Assembly (NCBI GenBank): GCA_964252035.1
Contig: CAXUOO010000189.1
DNA: 64,000 nt
Origin: Podarcis erhardii
Taxonomy: Eukaryota
Reading direction: 5' to 3' (one strand)
The translations under genes were made by a program, and so were the position numbers. This document shows, one piece after another, positions 41,104 to 54,529 of the stretch. Numbering within the stretch: position 1 is the stretch's first letter; each line of letters starts with the position of its first letter. The notes below the pieces were generated by a model. The model made no database searches. It saw only the letters and a program-made list of their open reading frames with translations, and was not told the DNA's origin.

Positions 41104-44100
41104 GAGTTGTCGTGGCTAATTTTCAAATTTATATGCTGTGTGGTGTGTGCTATCGCATGCAGTGCAACACCGTAGAGCAGAACAATGTACTAAAAGTAAC
41201 TAGAACGTATCGAATAAATTTTAAAGTGAACTAGATCGTTTTTTATGGTGTGTGAATGTAAGTACGTTTATGTGTGATATGTTTGTATTTGAATAAAATT
41301 CATTCAGAAGAACAGATTACTCCAAAAGGTCAGCAACAACGATTCAACACTTATTTTATTTTTTAAGCTGTGCTTATTAAATCAATCACTGATGAAAATG
41401 GTCGATAAATTGTCTCTTAAACTTCTCATGTGAAAGTCTGCGTATATGTATGCATACATAAAAGGTGTATGTATCACTTCAGAATACCACGCTGCTCCGA
41501 GCGCTTTTGCTTCAACCGTTGCGCATCCGTTGTCTGCTGCCTCATATAAACTTAATATATATATATATATGAGTTTTTTTTTGACGTTGGAGATCTGCTT
41601 GCATTATCTGCATCTACCAGAGACATATCTGTGCATGCTCCTGTAGTCTAATATTGTTTAGTGCACGTTTTGTGTGGTGTTTAGTGTTGCTACAGTTGTT
41701 GACGTGAATCGGATAGCAAATGCAGCTACGAATAGGTTGTGGTGTTGCTGCTGTAAACTGCAGTTTTTGACACCTCGAATCCTTGATTCTCGAAATAAAG
41801 TGTTTTTTTTTCTGGGCAAAAAAAAGACAGTGTGCTATAGTTGTTCCTGCACTATCTCCCAGGCCTCTTTGCTGAGCTGATTTCCTGTTGTTGAAGCTGC
41901 TGCTTTGATCCAGCACTCAATCCGCTAGTTAGTTGTTGGTTCTGTCATCCTCTTTGATAGTTCAGTCCGTATACGTGTGTTATAGAGTATGGTTTTTCAT
42001 GGATTTCAATGCACAGACTGCTGCTGGGCTTCCCTGTTCTTCTATATATCACACTCCAGCTGCTCTTTTGCTTCTGCTGGGCTCATTTCTTCGAACTGAG
42101 GGATTTTCGCAGCTGCTGTTATTGAGGCTCTCCATTATTCCTCCTTCTTCGCTGTTCTTCACTATTTGCGTGCTACTCGATCTTTTTTTGTGACTGTCCT
42201 CATAGTGTATATGTGTGGACTCCTTTTCTGCTTCTCGTCTCTCTCTCTGTGGCTAGTGTGTTATATATATAAAGCTCACAACCCGAAATCTCCGGCTTTT
42301 TTGCCTTTTTCAGCAGTGAAGTATCTTGACTCCACACATGTGTTTCTACTTCAACTTTTTGGCTTCTGCTTCTGCGCGCGGACGTCTGCTTTTGTTTTTG
42401 TGGTTCGTCGGTTTCGGCGTCTAATTGCATGTATGAGGCCTTTTTTTCTGAATCCCTCTCCTTTTCTTTACTTTTTGCGTTGGCTTTTTGGCTTGTTTAT
42501 TCGATTTCTATATTCGTTTGGCAGTGGGCGTGTGTTTCGCTTCTTGTTGTTGCAGAGGAGTTTTGGGTGCTTCGCTTTCGCTAGTAGCCAATTTAGCAGC
42601 TGGTCTTCCTCATCATGTAAGCCAATTTTTCCAACAACAAGCACAACGACTAAAATTCCTTAATATAGCTNNNNNNNNNNNNNNNNNNNNNNNNNNNNNN
42701 NNNNNNNNNNNNNNNNNNNNNNNNNNNNNNNNNNNNNNNNNNNNNNNNNNNNNNNNNNNNNNNNNNNNNNNNNNNNNNNNNNNNNNNNNNNNNNNNNNNN
42801 NNNNNNNNNNNNGTATAATATGTATATATATGTCTCTTTCATAATTGTATATGTGTAGATATGTACCAGTTTACTATACTAAAGTGCACCACAAATCAGC
42901 AGCAGCTCAAAGGCCTGAAGTCGACAAGTCAAACAGAGCAGCAGCAAAGGCAGCAGTGAAAAGAGCAACAGCCCTGCATGCAAAAGGGAAGCCATCAAGC
43001 ACATTTCGCAAGGCAAAGAGCAGCAGCTAGCGCAGCCTATATTATAGTAGGAATTGCAGCCACAACAATAGTCAATCAGAAATAGCAGCGTTAGCACCAC
43101 AGCAACACACTAGAGCAGGAGCGTCAAAAGCAATAGCAGCAATGCAGCAGAAACAGCAGCAATAGGAGCGAAACAAAAGCAAGAGCAGCACAATAGAAGC
43201 ACAGTAATAGCAGCAGTAAGTTTAGCAGCAGCAGCAGCAGTAGTTTTAGTACAGAGAGTAGCGTTGCAAGTGCTGGGGGTCGGGAGAGGGAAGCAGCAGT
43301 GGCAAGATCAGTCACAACCGAAAAAAAGATACATGCACAGCAGTTCTACATCAAAAGAAGCTGACAGCAAGGTCGATCTTTCACGCTCAAACACCAATAA
43401 GGAGCCAGTAGTTGTTGTATCCTTTTGCTCCTGCATGCAGGTGGGGCATTTTTGCTGTACGATTACTTGTTCTCAAGCCAATCAGGAATTCGCGTTTTTT
43501 AAGCTCCTTTTTGTGTGATTTAACGCAGACGGAGTATGTCCTTTCTTTGTTGCCTGCTGTTGCTCAAGTCCTGCACTCTCCAGAGCCCTTCGACATTCGT
43601 CGAGTGAGTTTCATTCCTGTCGCCTTGAAAACTACTATTTCTGTATATATGTCTGTATATGGATAAATTCGGCAGTATAGCAGCCTTGTCACATATACAG
43701 AACTTATATATAGGTAAATTGGTGATAGAGAGAGAAAGAAGAATAAATAGATATATATATATATGGATTCAAAGCTGTAGTCGACGAGCTGGACAATCAA
43801 CCAATTTCATAAAAGAGTCAGTTGCTTGTACTTTTCAAAAGAGTCAGTTGCTTGTACTTTTTCTATACGCACATATGAAGGCTGATACTGAGATCTGCTG
43901 CGGAGTCTTCTCATTCCTGCAATAACCTCAGTAAACTGCGCCTATACATTTACATATGTATATATAATTGTACTTACGTCGAAAATGCATGCATGTGAGT
44001 AAACACATAGAAGACGTCACGCTCTTCCTCAAACAAAGTCGTTGCTCTTTTTTTGTTCAACACAGCAAAACTGGTCTTAACCAGTTGCTAGTAACAAGCA

Positions 44101-45431
44101 GTTTCTTATCAGTATCATATCATCGTCACCCATGTACGCAGATAAATACGGAAAGAAAAAATATACCTGTATCATAGTTATGTATACACACACTAACTTT
44201 TGTAGACAAGCATTCATTATGACATATATACTCAATAGATACGTATGTGTGTACATATGTACTTGTAAAAAACAAATACATATATATATTTATATGATAT
44301 ACCAATGTTCTGTATCTATTATACGCCCAAGTACATAACTACATATATATATATATCTGTGCGATATACGTCAGAGAGAAGGGAAAAATGGCAGTTGCTT
44401 CAACAAACGAAGAAGTAGAAACAGAGGCAGCAGCAGAAACTGAATGCGATTCTGTAGTTATGGTGTTTTTACACATATATACGTACATGCATATATATGT
44501 GTATATGCATATAAACGTAGAATATATTTTTTGTTGTAGCTCGAGCGTGTGTCCAATATATCTGCACGGACGCTTGTATTATAGAACAGCAAACAGAGTT
44601 CGTTCATTTAGAAGAGTCTGTGTGTAAAGTATGTTGTAGGAGGAAATGGTAGGAAGCGCTGTGAGAGATCTTCCATTAGTAGACGTAACTTTTAAAGGGT
44701 GTACAGACAGGTGATTTTTGTGCTTGCTTGGGGCGCACACGTGCCTCTCAAATCTGCTTTCACAACCAAGAGTCAATATTTCATCTGCTTACTTCTAATA
44801 TTTGCGTAGTGTATGTGTATATGCATTTGTATAATGTGTATTTGATGTAGGAAGCAGCAGCATATCTGCTTCATATGGCTTTGAATCATGGAAAGCGCTA
44901 CCTGCAGATTGTAGCAGAAACGAAGCCGTCGGTCATCGAGGGAATGCTGGATATGCTTGAGCAAAATAAATATGATCGCGTATCTGTTTTGTAAGTATCT
45001 CTAGAAGCTCTCTTTTCTTCAGTGGAAATATACTCTGCTGCAACAATGCATATGTAGGCACTGGTTTGTGTACTGCTTCTGTTGGTGTATAGTCGCACTC
45101 TGATGCGTAGAATGTTTGCCAGAATCAGCTCAAAAAAGCGCTACATAGTAGCCGTAGACAGAGATTTATGCAGGTTTGTTGCATCTAGAGAAATTTCAGT
45201 TGATGATGTTACTGTTGCCTTTTGCATGATGGATTTGCTGTTGCTGGTTGTCTTTGCGTCGTTTACGCTGCTTCTCGATTTTTCGGCTTTTTTGCAGTCT
45301 CTGCTAATCTTTCTCTTCCTGTTCCTTCGAAAAAAATCTGTGTTAATAGATATTCAACTGCTGTCACTCCGTTTTTCCACGCTTTGTTCCATTACACACA
45401 CGTTCCGCCCTAATATTGAAAAATTCAGATG

Positions 45432-45475
<44 letters not shown>

Positions 45476-45761
45476 AAATATATATGTATATATTTGCTGC
45501 CAAGGCTAGTGAAAGTTATGAGGTGCTTTCTATTCTTTATGGTTTAACGACCACCACTGCATCTACTGATGTCAATACTACTAGTAGTAGTGCTAGCATC
45601 ATTCGTTTCAAATTTGTACTGCTACTACTCTTACTCAGCATGCTACTACTTTCACCAGTAATTATTCTAGAACTCTGATCAGTGATTCCATCAGCACTTT
45701 TTCTATTAACTACTAAAACTACTACATTAAAGTGACCTTATATACACACATCGCGTGCAAT

Positions 45762-45796
<35 letters not shown>

Positions 45797-48210
45797 ATGT
45801 TTGTGTATATTTGTTATATTACATAGATGAACACACGTTCAAAAGCATGCATGAATATGTGTATAGAGAGAGAGATGAACTCCAGTGAAGAAACATGCAT
45901 GCTCGAGTAAAATTCATTAGAGGCTTCTGCAGTTTGATACATTGTCGTCTACTTGTCTTTGTGTATCGTTTTTCTATGAAAAAAGAGTGGTGGTGGGCAG
46001 CAGCTGCTTGTCTGTCTACTTCAATGCGTACGAAATTCGTATGAGACCAATTTATGCGTATATTCGAATATTAGATCTTTTTGCACACATTAGTCGCAGC
46101 TGAAATAGTACAGCATTGTTTGAAATGGCGGTGACTACTCAGCAAATCAATGTGTAAGAGACTGTCTGAGAAACCCTACGAATTCATCTTGTATGAGCAT
46201 AACTATTTTAAACTGTTGACTAGTTGATCGAGCAGCAGCAGCATGAACATATATATATATATATATAGATATAAATATGTATCTGTATAGGTATATGACG
46301 GTGTATATATAGGTACGATAAGAGTCATACTAAGTGTTCTATAAGTTGTGCCACACTGGATATTATCTGTTTCAGAGAGTGTCTGGTGATGTGTGATGTG
46401 ATGGAAGAAGAGAAAGTTTTTGACTTTTTTTGTTGAAGTGTATGAGTTGTGAACGATTCAGACGAAGTCGCTGTTTTCATAAAAGTCAAAAACCACTAAT
46501 ATATATATGTGCAACCGTGCATGCACTTCAATTCAGACTTGCGCTAGATTTCTTGACGGGCGTTCTTGAGTCCCTGCCTGGCGGTCGTGTTGAAGTTTTC
46601 AAACGTGACGGAATTGCGGTGAGCAAATCTAGACAGTTACTTTTTGTGTGCTGGTTCTACATATTCCTGCATATATACATAAAGAAAAAGAGAAAGTGCT
46701 CAGTACGTTTTTGGTGCATCGATTCTGAGATTCTATACGTGTCGATTTATACGTGTATATGTGGGTGTGGTAGACTTGACAGTATTTGCGTCAAAGGGAT
46801 GGTATAGGAGGCGTAGAATAGCGCAGATTTGCGGCGTTCTAATTTTCGTGTAGGCTTTTTAAAAAGTGTGGTGCATGCACAAAGTTGACGCTTAACTTGG
46901 AAATATATACATATATATATAATATGGATGTATAGGGTGTTTTAGGTTTTGTATACGTATATGTGTCTGGTGGATGTGAATTTACCTACATACTGGTAGA
47001 AAAATGTGATATTCAGTTTATACTCTGAAGCAAGACTGAATATACTCTATGAAAAGCACCTTTAAAGGCCGACAAGCCTAGCGAACACACTGCAAAATTG
47101 AGTAATAGACATGTATACATATATATATATATATGTGCTGTAATTAACTAGACAAGAAATGCATGCCATTTCATGCCAGTCGCGGAGGCGCTTTCTTCTT
47201 CGAAACCCTTTTGCTTTTTGAAAAAAAGCGCTACGTCATTCTCGAAATATGTTCACAATAGAATTCCTTTCTTCAGCAATAGTCTGCAGCGAACCTGCGC
47301 CTTAGGTAGTGTACGAATATATCTCAAAAAAGACGCCTTTCTTGCGCGCCCCTAATAAATATATATATATATATATATATACTCATATGTATGAGCTAAA
47401 TAGATGTATGATGCGCGCCCTTAATAAATAAATATATATATATATATATATATACACATATGTATGAGCTAAATAGATGTGTGGTGGAAGTTTCCTGAGG
47501 TAGAATAACGTTTATAATACGTGTATATATATATATATATAATTACATGTGTAGGTATGTTAACATATTTTAATCCCTAATTTCTAGTGCATGCTTCGGA
47601 TTTACTCAGTTATACATGATTATCACTACATTCTACAGATCCATCAAATACAAATCTATCAACACATATTTGTACATATATGTATGTAGGTAATATATAT
47701 ATTAATAGTCATAACGTGGACCACGTGATGCATTTTGCTTTCCGTGCGGGTCAATCAAAGTGGCCGTATACTCCAAGTATTGCTATGTTACACCTGTAGT
47801 AGAGTACATCACAATCACATACATATATACACAGAAAATACGCTCTAAACTAATATCAAGTATGCTTTTGTGTGCATGTGTGACAAATCTATAATTGTTT
47901 TTCCTATGCGACATACATATATATATATATATATCTTGCTGGTGCTCCTTGAATTTGTGTGATTCGTGTACAAAGGGGATACCTAGTTTTTGCTAAGTAG
48001 CAGGCACAACAAATATGTCGTGTATCTATAATCAAATNNNNNNNNNNNNNNNNNNNNNNNNNNNNNNNNNNNNNNNNNNNNNNNNNNNNNNNNNNNNNNN
48101 NNNNNNNNNNNNNNNNNNNNNNNNNNNNNNNNNNNNNNNNNNNNNNNNNNNNNNNNNNNNNNNNNNNNNNNNNTTTTCGAGCAAAAAAAACTGATATATA
48201 TGTATACATC

Positions 48211-48263
<53 letters not shown>

Positions 48264-48646
48264 ACTTTGCTGGTGTTATTTTGTTTACAGAAGATCGAGT
48301 CGGCGCAGTTTCTTCATGATTTAGCCGTAGACGACCTCATTTCATGGATGGTGTCTCAGTAAGTTTAATTAATCGTGTCGAAATATAAGGCAATGCATCA
48401 GTACAAATTCATATAAAATACTTATACTTGTGTGTGGGAAAGTTTTCTTCGAGTACATATAGTGTGTATAATAACTAGCGAAAGAGAAATATTACATTAT
48501 GCACCGACAATACGTATTTAAACGCACATTTGTATTTATGATTGATTGAGTCATCTTTTTCCAAAAATAGTTTTATTGTGAAATGTCGTTGCTCACTTTT
48601 TATCCATGTATTTATCAGGTCTCTTGGTGTAGATATCGAGCATTAA
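36560..48646 (+). CDS. Divergent importin-alpha-like ARM-repeat protein (IBB-like segment plus ARM repeats with long insertions)
   Basis: Exon 1 36560-39254 contains an IBB-like NARHSALLRLRRSDRDKAVAARRRQF and ARM helix-3 motifs QILYAVANMAAD, LGLWLLSNLLR, AEGLWCLHSFL and LIPALKTL. Later in-phase exons are 39936-40056/40060, 43441-43603 (LLPAVAQVLHSPEPFDIRR), 44851-44990 (EAAAYLLHMALNHG..IEGMLDMLE), 46537-46618 (LALDFLTGVLE) and 48291-48358 (KIESAQFLHD). These parallel importin-alpha ARM8-10 (EFDIKKEAAWAISN..LDALENIL..KIExLQxH). The end is either TAA at 48360-48362 or exon 48619-48646. Confidence 0.8.
42671..42812. other. Assembly gap (N run)
   Basis: Run of N inside an intron of the importin-alpha-like gene. 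Confidence 0.99.
43811..43862. repeat. 26-nt perfect tandem duplication (intronic)
   Basis: AAAAGAGTCAGTTGCTTGTACTTTT occurs at 43811 and again at 43837. Confidence 0.9.
47343..47480. repeat. ~69-nt tandem duplication containing a (TA)n tract
   Basis: TGCGCGCCC..TAATAAAT(AT)n..CATATGTATGAGCTAAATAGATGT starts at 47343 and 47412. Confidence 0.9.
48038..48173. other. Assembly gap (N run)
   Basis: Run of N followed by a (TA)n tract. Confidence 0.99.
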
Positions 48647-48864
48647 AAGTGTTTACTTCACAAGGAGATGCAGATATGTACATAGACTATGTCTCGGTTT
48701 CTATCCGTCCATCTATCTGTGTCTAGTTTCCAATATCTTTCTATCTACCTCTATTTATCTGCATCTCTACATATGTATGTCTGTCTATTGATATCCACCT
48801 AGCAATTATTACATCTATCTATATCTAGCTGTTTAGCTATGTATCTATCTACTTCTATTTACGT

Positions 48865-49086
48865 NNNNNNNNNNNNNNNNNNNNNNNNNNNNNNNNNNNN
48901 NNNNNNNNNNNNNNNNNNNNNNNNNNNNNNNNNNNNNNNNNNNNNNNNNNNNNNNNNNNNNNNNNNNNNNNNNNNNNNNNNNNNNNNNNNNNNNNNNNNN
49001 NNNNNNNNNNNNNNNNNNNNNNNNNNNNNNNNNNNNNNNNNNNNNNNNNNNNNNNNNNNNNNNNNNNNNNNNNNNNNNNNNNNNNN
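48865..49086. other. Assembly gap (N run) within an (ATCT)n-like satellite
   Basis: Run of N; the flanks ~48690-49260 are degenerate (TATC/ATCT)n. Confidence 0.97.
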
Positions 49087-49530
49087 TTCTTTATTTATCG
49101 ATTCATATTTGTCTATGTATCTATCTATCTATCTATTCATCTTCTATCTCTCACTATCTAATTACATCTATCCCTGTTCACATCTATCTAGATTAGCTTA
49201 AATCTATCCATGTCTATATAAATGGATTTATAGCAGTCTATATTAGTCTCTATATATATATATATTTAATTATATTTACTCATGTCTAGTTTATATTCAA
49301 TCTATATATGTATATATATTATATTATGCTTGTTTGAAATTCTCAACATATAAATAAACTCTTTACCTTACCTGTCATATGCGCGAAAAATCGTAATTTG
49401 AGATCTACCTTATACATTACATGAATTTTGCATCCACCGCATGAGAATATACAAACAATGTGTACATATATATATATTTTATATTTTTGCTTTTTGTGGT
49501 GAGATTCCTTACGTTTGTATACATTATACA

Positions 49531-49567
<37 letters not shown>

Positions 49568-49750
49568 GTGTGAGAGCTCCTATGCATATTTCTGGAGATA
49601 CTTATATTGTTCAGGTACAGTGGCTTTATTTCTACAAATTTGTTTTGCTCATTCACACAAAAAAAATGTAGATATATATATATATATATATGTATATGAC
49701 ATAAAGATCTCTGTCGCTCTACATTTCCTACACTATATATACCTTTTGTA

Positions 49751-49786
<36 letters not shown>

Positions 49787-49940
49787 TGAAGAAACGTGGT
49801 GCGTGGTCATTGACGCAATCATGTCTCTAGGGTCTCAAACAAAAGTTGCTTCTGCTGGGTGAAAATGAGGAATTGAATGTGTCTCGCTCAAAAATGTGTA
49901 TGTTCTCATATAAATCTCCACCGTGTATATATACATATAC

Positions 49941-49984
<44 letters not shown>

Positions 49985-50480
49985 TATTCTATTTATATTC
50001 AAGGTATCAGTTTTATGTCCATTTGGCTGTATATATGTATTTAATTTTATATAGTCTGCGTCAGATGCTGATAAGCGGTTGAATTCTATGTTGTTGCATT
50101 TTTACAGAATCCTCGTACCGTATCTATATATTTATATATATATGTGTATATATTTGTATGCGTACGTAGATCTAGTATGCGTCTATGTTCTTCGAATAAC
50201 TTGTATGTAGACATATCACATCGTTAGTTAGGATCCGCAGCAGTGGACACATACTTTCTGTGTAAGTATATCAATTACTCACACACACTACCTACCATAC
50301 AACTATAAAATCATATGGGTGTTATGCTTATCAGTTTGGGCTTTTTCTTTATCATTAAGATAGTTGATTGAGAAAGAAGCGTCATATGCGTATGTCATTT
50401 ATATGTATACATGGCAGGCTTTACATATTGTACTTGATCATGCTATACCTCAAGTTCCTCAACGGTTCACTCGAGAATGC

Positions 50481-50516
<36 letters not shown>

Positions 50517-50651
50517 ACACGTAGTTTCTGGATCCATTTATTCGAGCTAAATCATGTCTTCCGTATTAAGCATGTGAATGAGTCGACCGGAAAAAAGTCC
50601 TACACAACCATATAAATGTGTGTAAATATATATGTATACGCATATATATAT

Positions 50652-51101
50652 TTACATGAGGAGATTTTTTATGCTTGCTGTTGTGTTCCTATAGTTTTTT
50701 CGATGATTTGATCGAAGAAGAAGATGCAGCAGAAGACGGAGATGAAGCATGTGAGCGCGTTGCTGCCGAAGAAAAGTCCTTTGCTGCTCAGCTCTCTCGT
50801 CTTCATCAACCTGATGCTGCTTTTTGATCAGCTTCTTTCTCTTCTTTTTTTCCGTAGCGTTGGTCTGGTTATTTTTCGTTTTCCGTATAATGTATATACA
50901 TGCATGATCTGGTGTACATGAGTTTCGCTCATGTGTTTTCCTATATGCACAATATGGGCAGTATTCGTAAGATTCCAGTTCGTACCTATATATTGTACAT
51001 ATTTCATGCGGAAAGGTGCGCTGCTTTAGCATTCCGCAGCTGCTGCACCTGTCTGCTGCTATAGCAACTGCAAGCTGGCTCAGAGTAGTTTTGGGCTCCA
51101 T
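50652..51101 (-). CDS. Possible small Cys/His-rich, Lys-rich protein
   Basis: ATG-initiated 149-codon ORF with CSSCG..PHEIC..YCPYC..H..C..HAC followed by KKKRKKLIKK. It is preceded by a CAG-rich, 5'UTR-like stretch (51.2-51.7 kb). No family recognised, and Cys/His/Tyr codons are common by chance in this DNA. Confidence 0.3.
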   Translation of the reverse strand: MEPKTTLSQLAVAIAADRCSSCGMLKQRTFPHEICTIYRYELESYEYCPYCAYRKTHERNSCTPDHACIYIIRKTKNNQTNATEKKKRKKLIKKQHQVDEDERAEQQRTFLRQQRAHMLHLRLLLHLLLRSNHRKNYRNTTASIKNLLM

Positions 51102-51937
51102 TTATTCATCCCGGATAAGTAGGCATCTGCTGAAAAATACGTACGAAAAATTATTATCTATTGTATAGTCCACACCAAGAGCTCACATTTACCGACTGCA
51201 GATGTAGAAGATGCGTCAGCATCAAAAGCAGCTTTCCTCTTGCTTTTGCTGAAAGGAAAAGCTGGTCTCTTCGTTATGCGACAGCTCTCGCCCTTATATT
51301 AGCAGCGCTGTAATCGCAACGAATATATATATATATATATATATATACGTGTGCTGTATACGTTGTTGGAGCTGCCGTTGCACTGGCGTAGCAGTTGGTA
51401 TTTATTGTGCTGCAGCTGTCAATGAGCAGCAAGAGTAGAAGCAGTTGGTATTGCTGTTTCTCAGTGGCTTCTCATATACGAGCAGAAGTAGATCGCAAAG
51501 CAGCAGGTATGTGTTAATGCTGCAAGGTAATTGTATCCTAACAGTAACAGCAGCTTTTGCTGCAATTTATGCTGGAAAAAGCAGTTAGAATTCAAGATGC
51601 AGTTTGTTGTTTTGCTGCTCTTGACACTGCTGGAATAAGCGTTATGCGTGTAGATAACTGTGCAGATGTGTAAGTACGCGTGTTCGGTAAAGCTAAATGC
51701 TCGTTCAAATATTTCTTATCCATTCGTAACATTTAATGCGGCAATTGAAATTTTACCAACATCCTTTTTTGTTGCGAAAAGGGCAATTTTGAATATTTTC
51801 ACGCAATTTCTTGCCCGAAAAAAACGTTTCTAATTTCAAATTTTTGCGACGAAACAAGAGCGCTTTTTTGAAAACATACACATCCGGCTAACATGCTATA
51901 TACCCGCAAAAAAATCTTTTTCAAAATATAACTGAAC

Positions 51938-51996
<59 letters not shown>

Positions 51997-52443
51997 TGTG
52001 TGCTACTGCATGCCCCCTAGCATAAATGTGGTACCCGTTTTATTCACATATATGTTTCTCTATATGTGAAAAGAGTTACATACGTAAACATACATGTGTG
52101 TATGTAGGTAGGTAGGTAGGCAGGTAGGCAGGTGTATGGTCCTTAGCAACTGCATGTGTATATGCTGCTATTTGTTGCCTTTTCCAGTAGGGTTTGTATA
52201 ATAGTGAAGGAAACCGACTGCAACAACATACATTTCAGCACACTAAAGGTTGGCTATGTTAGTCTTCCAAACATGGTGATATACATGTACATATATATAT
52301 ATATATATATATGTCCTCGAATGTGGTAGTCATTCTATATGGTGGTGGTGTAGACCATCGGTCGGTCAACTACACCCACTCAAAGATGCACTTTACACAG
52401 TTGCATATACGTATATAGAATCAAAATAGAGGCGATAAGTTGG

Positions 52444-52498
<55 letters not shown>

Positions 52499-52778
52499 TT
52501 CGTATACTTTAGGCAACTGTTTTATGAATAGTTTTTTAGTTCATGGAGAAAATCAAGCGACGAACTTTTGTGAGTATAGGTGAAACCCCTTGCACCGTGT
52601 TCCAGTTCTGAAACATAGTAGGACCAAATCGAATATATAATGAAAAGGATCATAAGTATTGCATGTCGTATTGCACGTCTTCATTAAGACTTCATACTTG
52701 CTATTCTAAAAGATAACATTCACCCGCGCTGCCGTCAATTTATCTATCTACTATCCATCTGTCTACCTATCTTTATCC

Positions 52779-52830
<52 letters not shown>

Positions 52831-53559
52831 TATATTAACCAAGTACATGAAAGTCTGGCAATTAAACGTTATATGTAAGCGAGTACATACTCTCCGTATC
52901 TGCAATATGCCGTGCTCGCTTTTATAATTAGAGACTTTCGCACAATCCGATACAATGTATATATATATATATATACAAATCTTTACAATGCATATGCTTC
53001 ATTGAGTAAGTACAGACGAGGTCCTAGTTGACATATAAGTATGTATATACATATATATTCATTTGCATGTGCCGTCTATCTCTCGGCTCGCCTACGACCG
53101 CCTGTGGTCGAGCTCTTTTCTCCATGTTAACTAATATACGCGTATCTCGATTACATAATGTCGCATGCGTGATCCTCGATATTTCAAACACTGTGTATAA
53201 GCAATTTGATTTTTGCGGTAAAGCCGCGGCAGCATTATAGAAGTCAGTTAAGCAGAATTTGTTTCACGGAGTTTTTTTGTATGCAAGCAGTAAGAAGTTA
53301 TATGGAAATAAACATTTAGTTTGAACATATTTCACACACGTAACTTTAAAATATATACAGATGAACAGATAGATGGATATACGTACGATATATCAAGATT
53401 ATATATATATATATATATATCTATACAGGTATGAAAATACTGTGAATACAGCCAGATAAATAGACATCTATAGTTGAGATAAATCTATATCTATCTATCT
53501 ATCTATAAACCTATCTATCTGTATCTGTATCTCTATCTACTATCTATTCATGTGTCTAA

Positions 53560-53604
<45 letters not shown>

Positions 53605-54529
53605 AGATCATTGGTTTCGTACAATTATGGTTGCAGTCGTTATGTAATCTGATCGTTGATTTTTGTAAAAAGCAGTGTACTGTATACCTGTCCACAATAT
53701 TGCATCAAAAATACTTTTGAGCAATAGATTGAAAATTGTGCCCAATTTGATAGGAGAATAATTGTACTTTACAACAATTCAAATCTACGGCACTCGAACT
53801 TTTTGTGAAAAGAACAGCTGCATGCATTTGTTATAGTAAAGTATAAACTCTGGCAAACTCTGCAGCACGAGTATAAATTAAACCTGCCTCCTCTATGCAT
53901 GCACTAGTATATACAGTTACATATGAAAATATCCCTGCACGTAAGTATACGTATGAAGTTCTCTGCGAAAGTGAGCAGATTTGACGTAAACTGTGACATG
54001 CTAGATCAAGGGTGATGAATCTTATGTAGCCGTAAGTCTGAAAACTTGTACCTAAGTTTTGGTTGAGGGAGATTTGTCCTGGTTTGAACTGCTGCTTCAA
54101 TTACGAAACAAAGTTAAAAATTGGGTGAATAAAAGTATGCCTCTCCGTGCAGCATCTGCTGCTATCAAACATTTCAAAAATCGAACTTGCAAAACGAGTT
54201 AGTAATCGTTTTTTTTTGCGGCAGCTACCATCAACTTATTAGAAGTTGATTTTTTGAAGACGGAATCCTACTGATTCTGTGAAGCTCCAGCTGTTATCAA
54301 CCGCTTAAGAGTGAAAATTTAGACGAATTACATTACGAATTTTGCAGCAGTTCCGGCAGCCAAAATTTAAGAAAGAAATGAATTTTAAGACGCCATTTTC
54401 GTAGCTCGTGCTATCTCTAAACTCAGAAAAATGTACTCGAACAGGTTCACTATTATAGAAGATACGCTTGTTCACCGTTACAGCGATAGAATACACCTCA
54501 GCTTTTACTCGTTTTTTTCGCTCCTGCTG

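Noticed and set aside
42166-42663. 165-aa hydrophobic + ORF resembling a membrane protein
   Set aside because: It lies within an importin-alpha-like intron next to an N gap. The Phe/Leu richness reflects pyrimidine-rich low-complexity DNA, it has a non-ATG start and no motif.
52100-54500. Scattered exon-like - strand fragments (e.g. ORFs 53831-54100 and 54305-54496)
   Set aside because: I could not build a phase-consistent chain or recognise a motif. It may be the hydrolase 3'UTR or an unresolved gene, so I left it unannotated.
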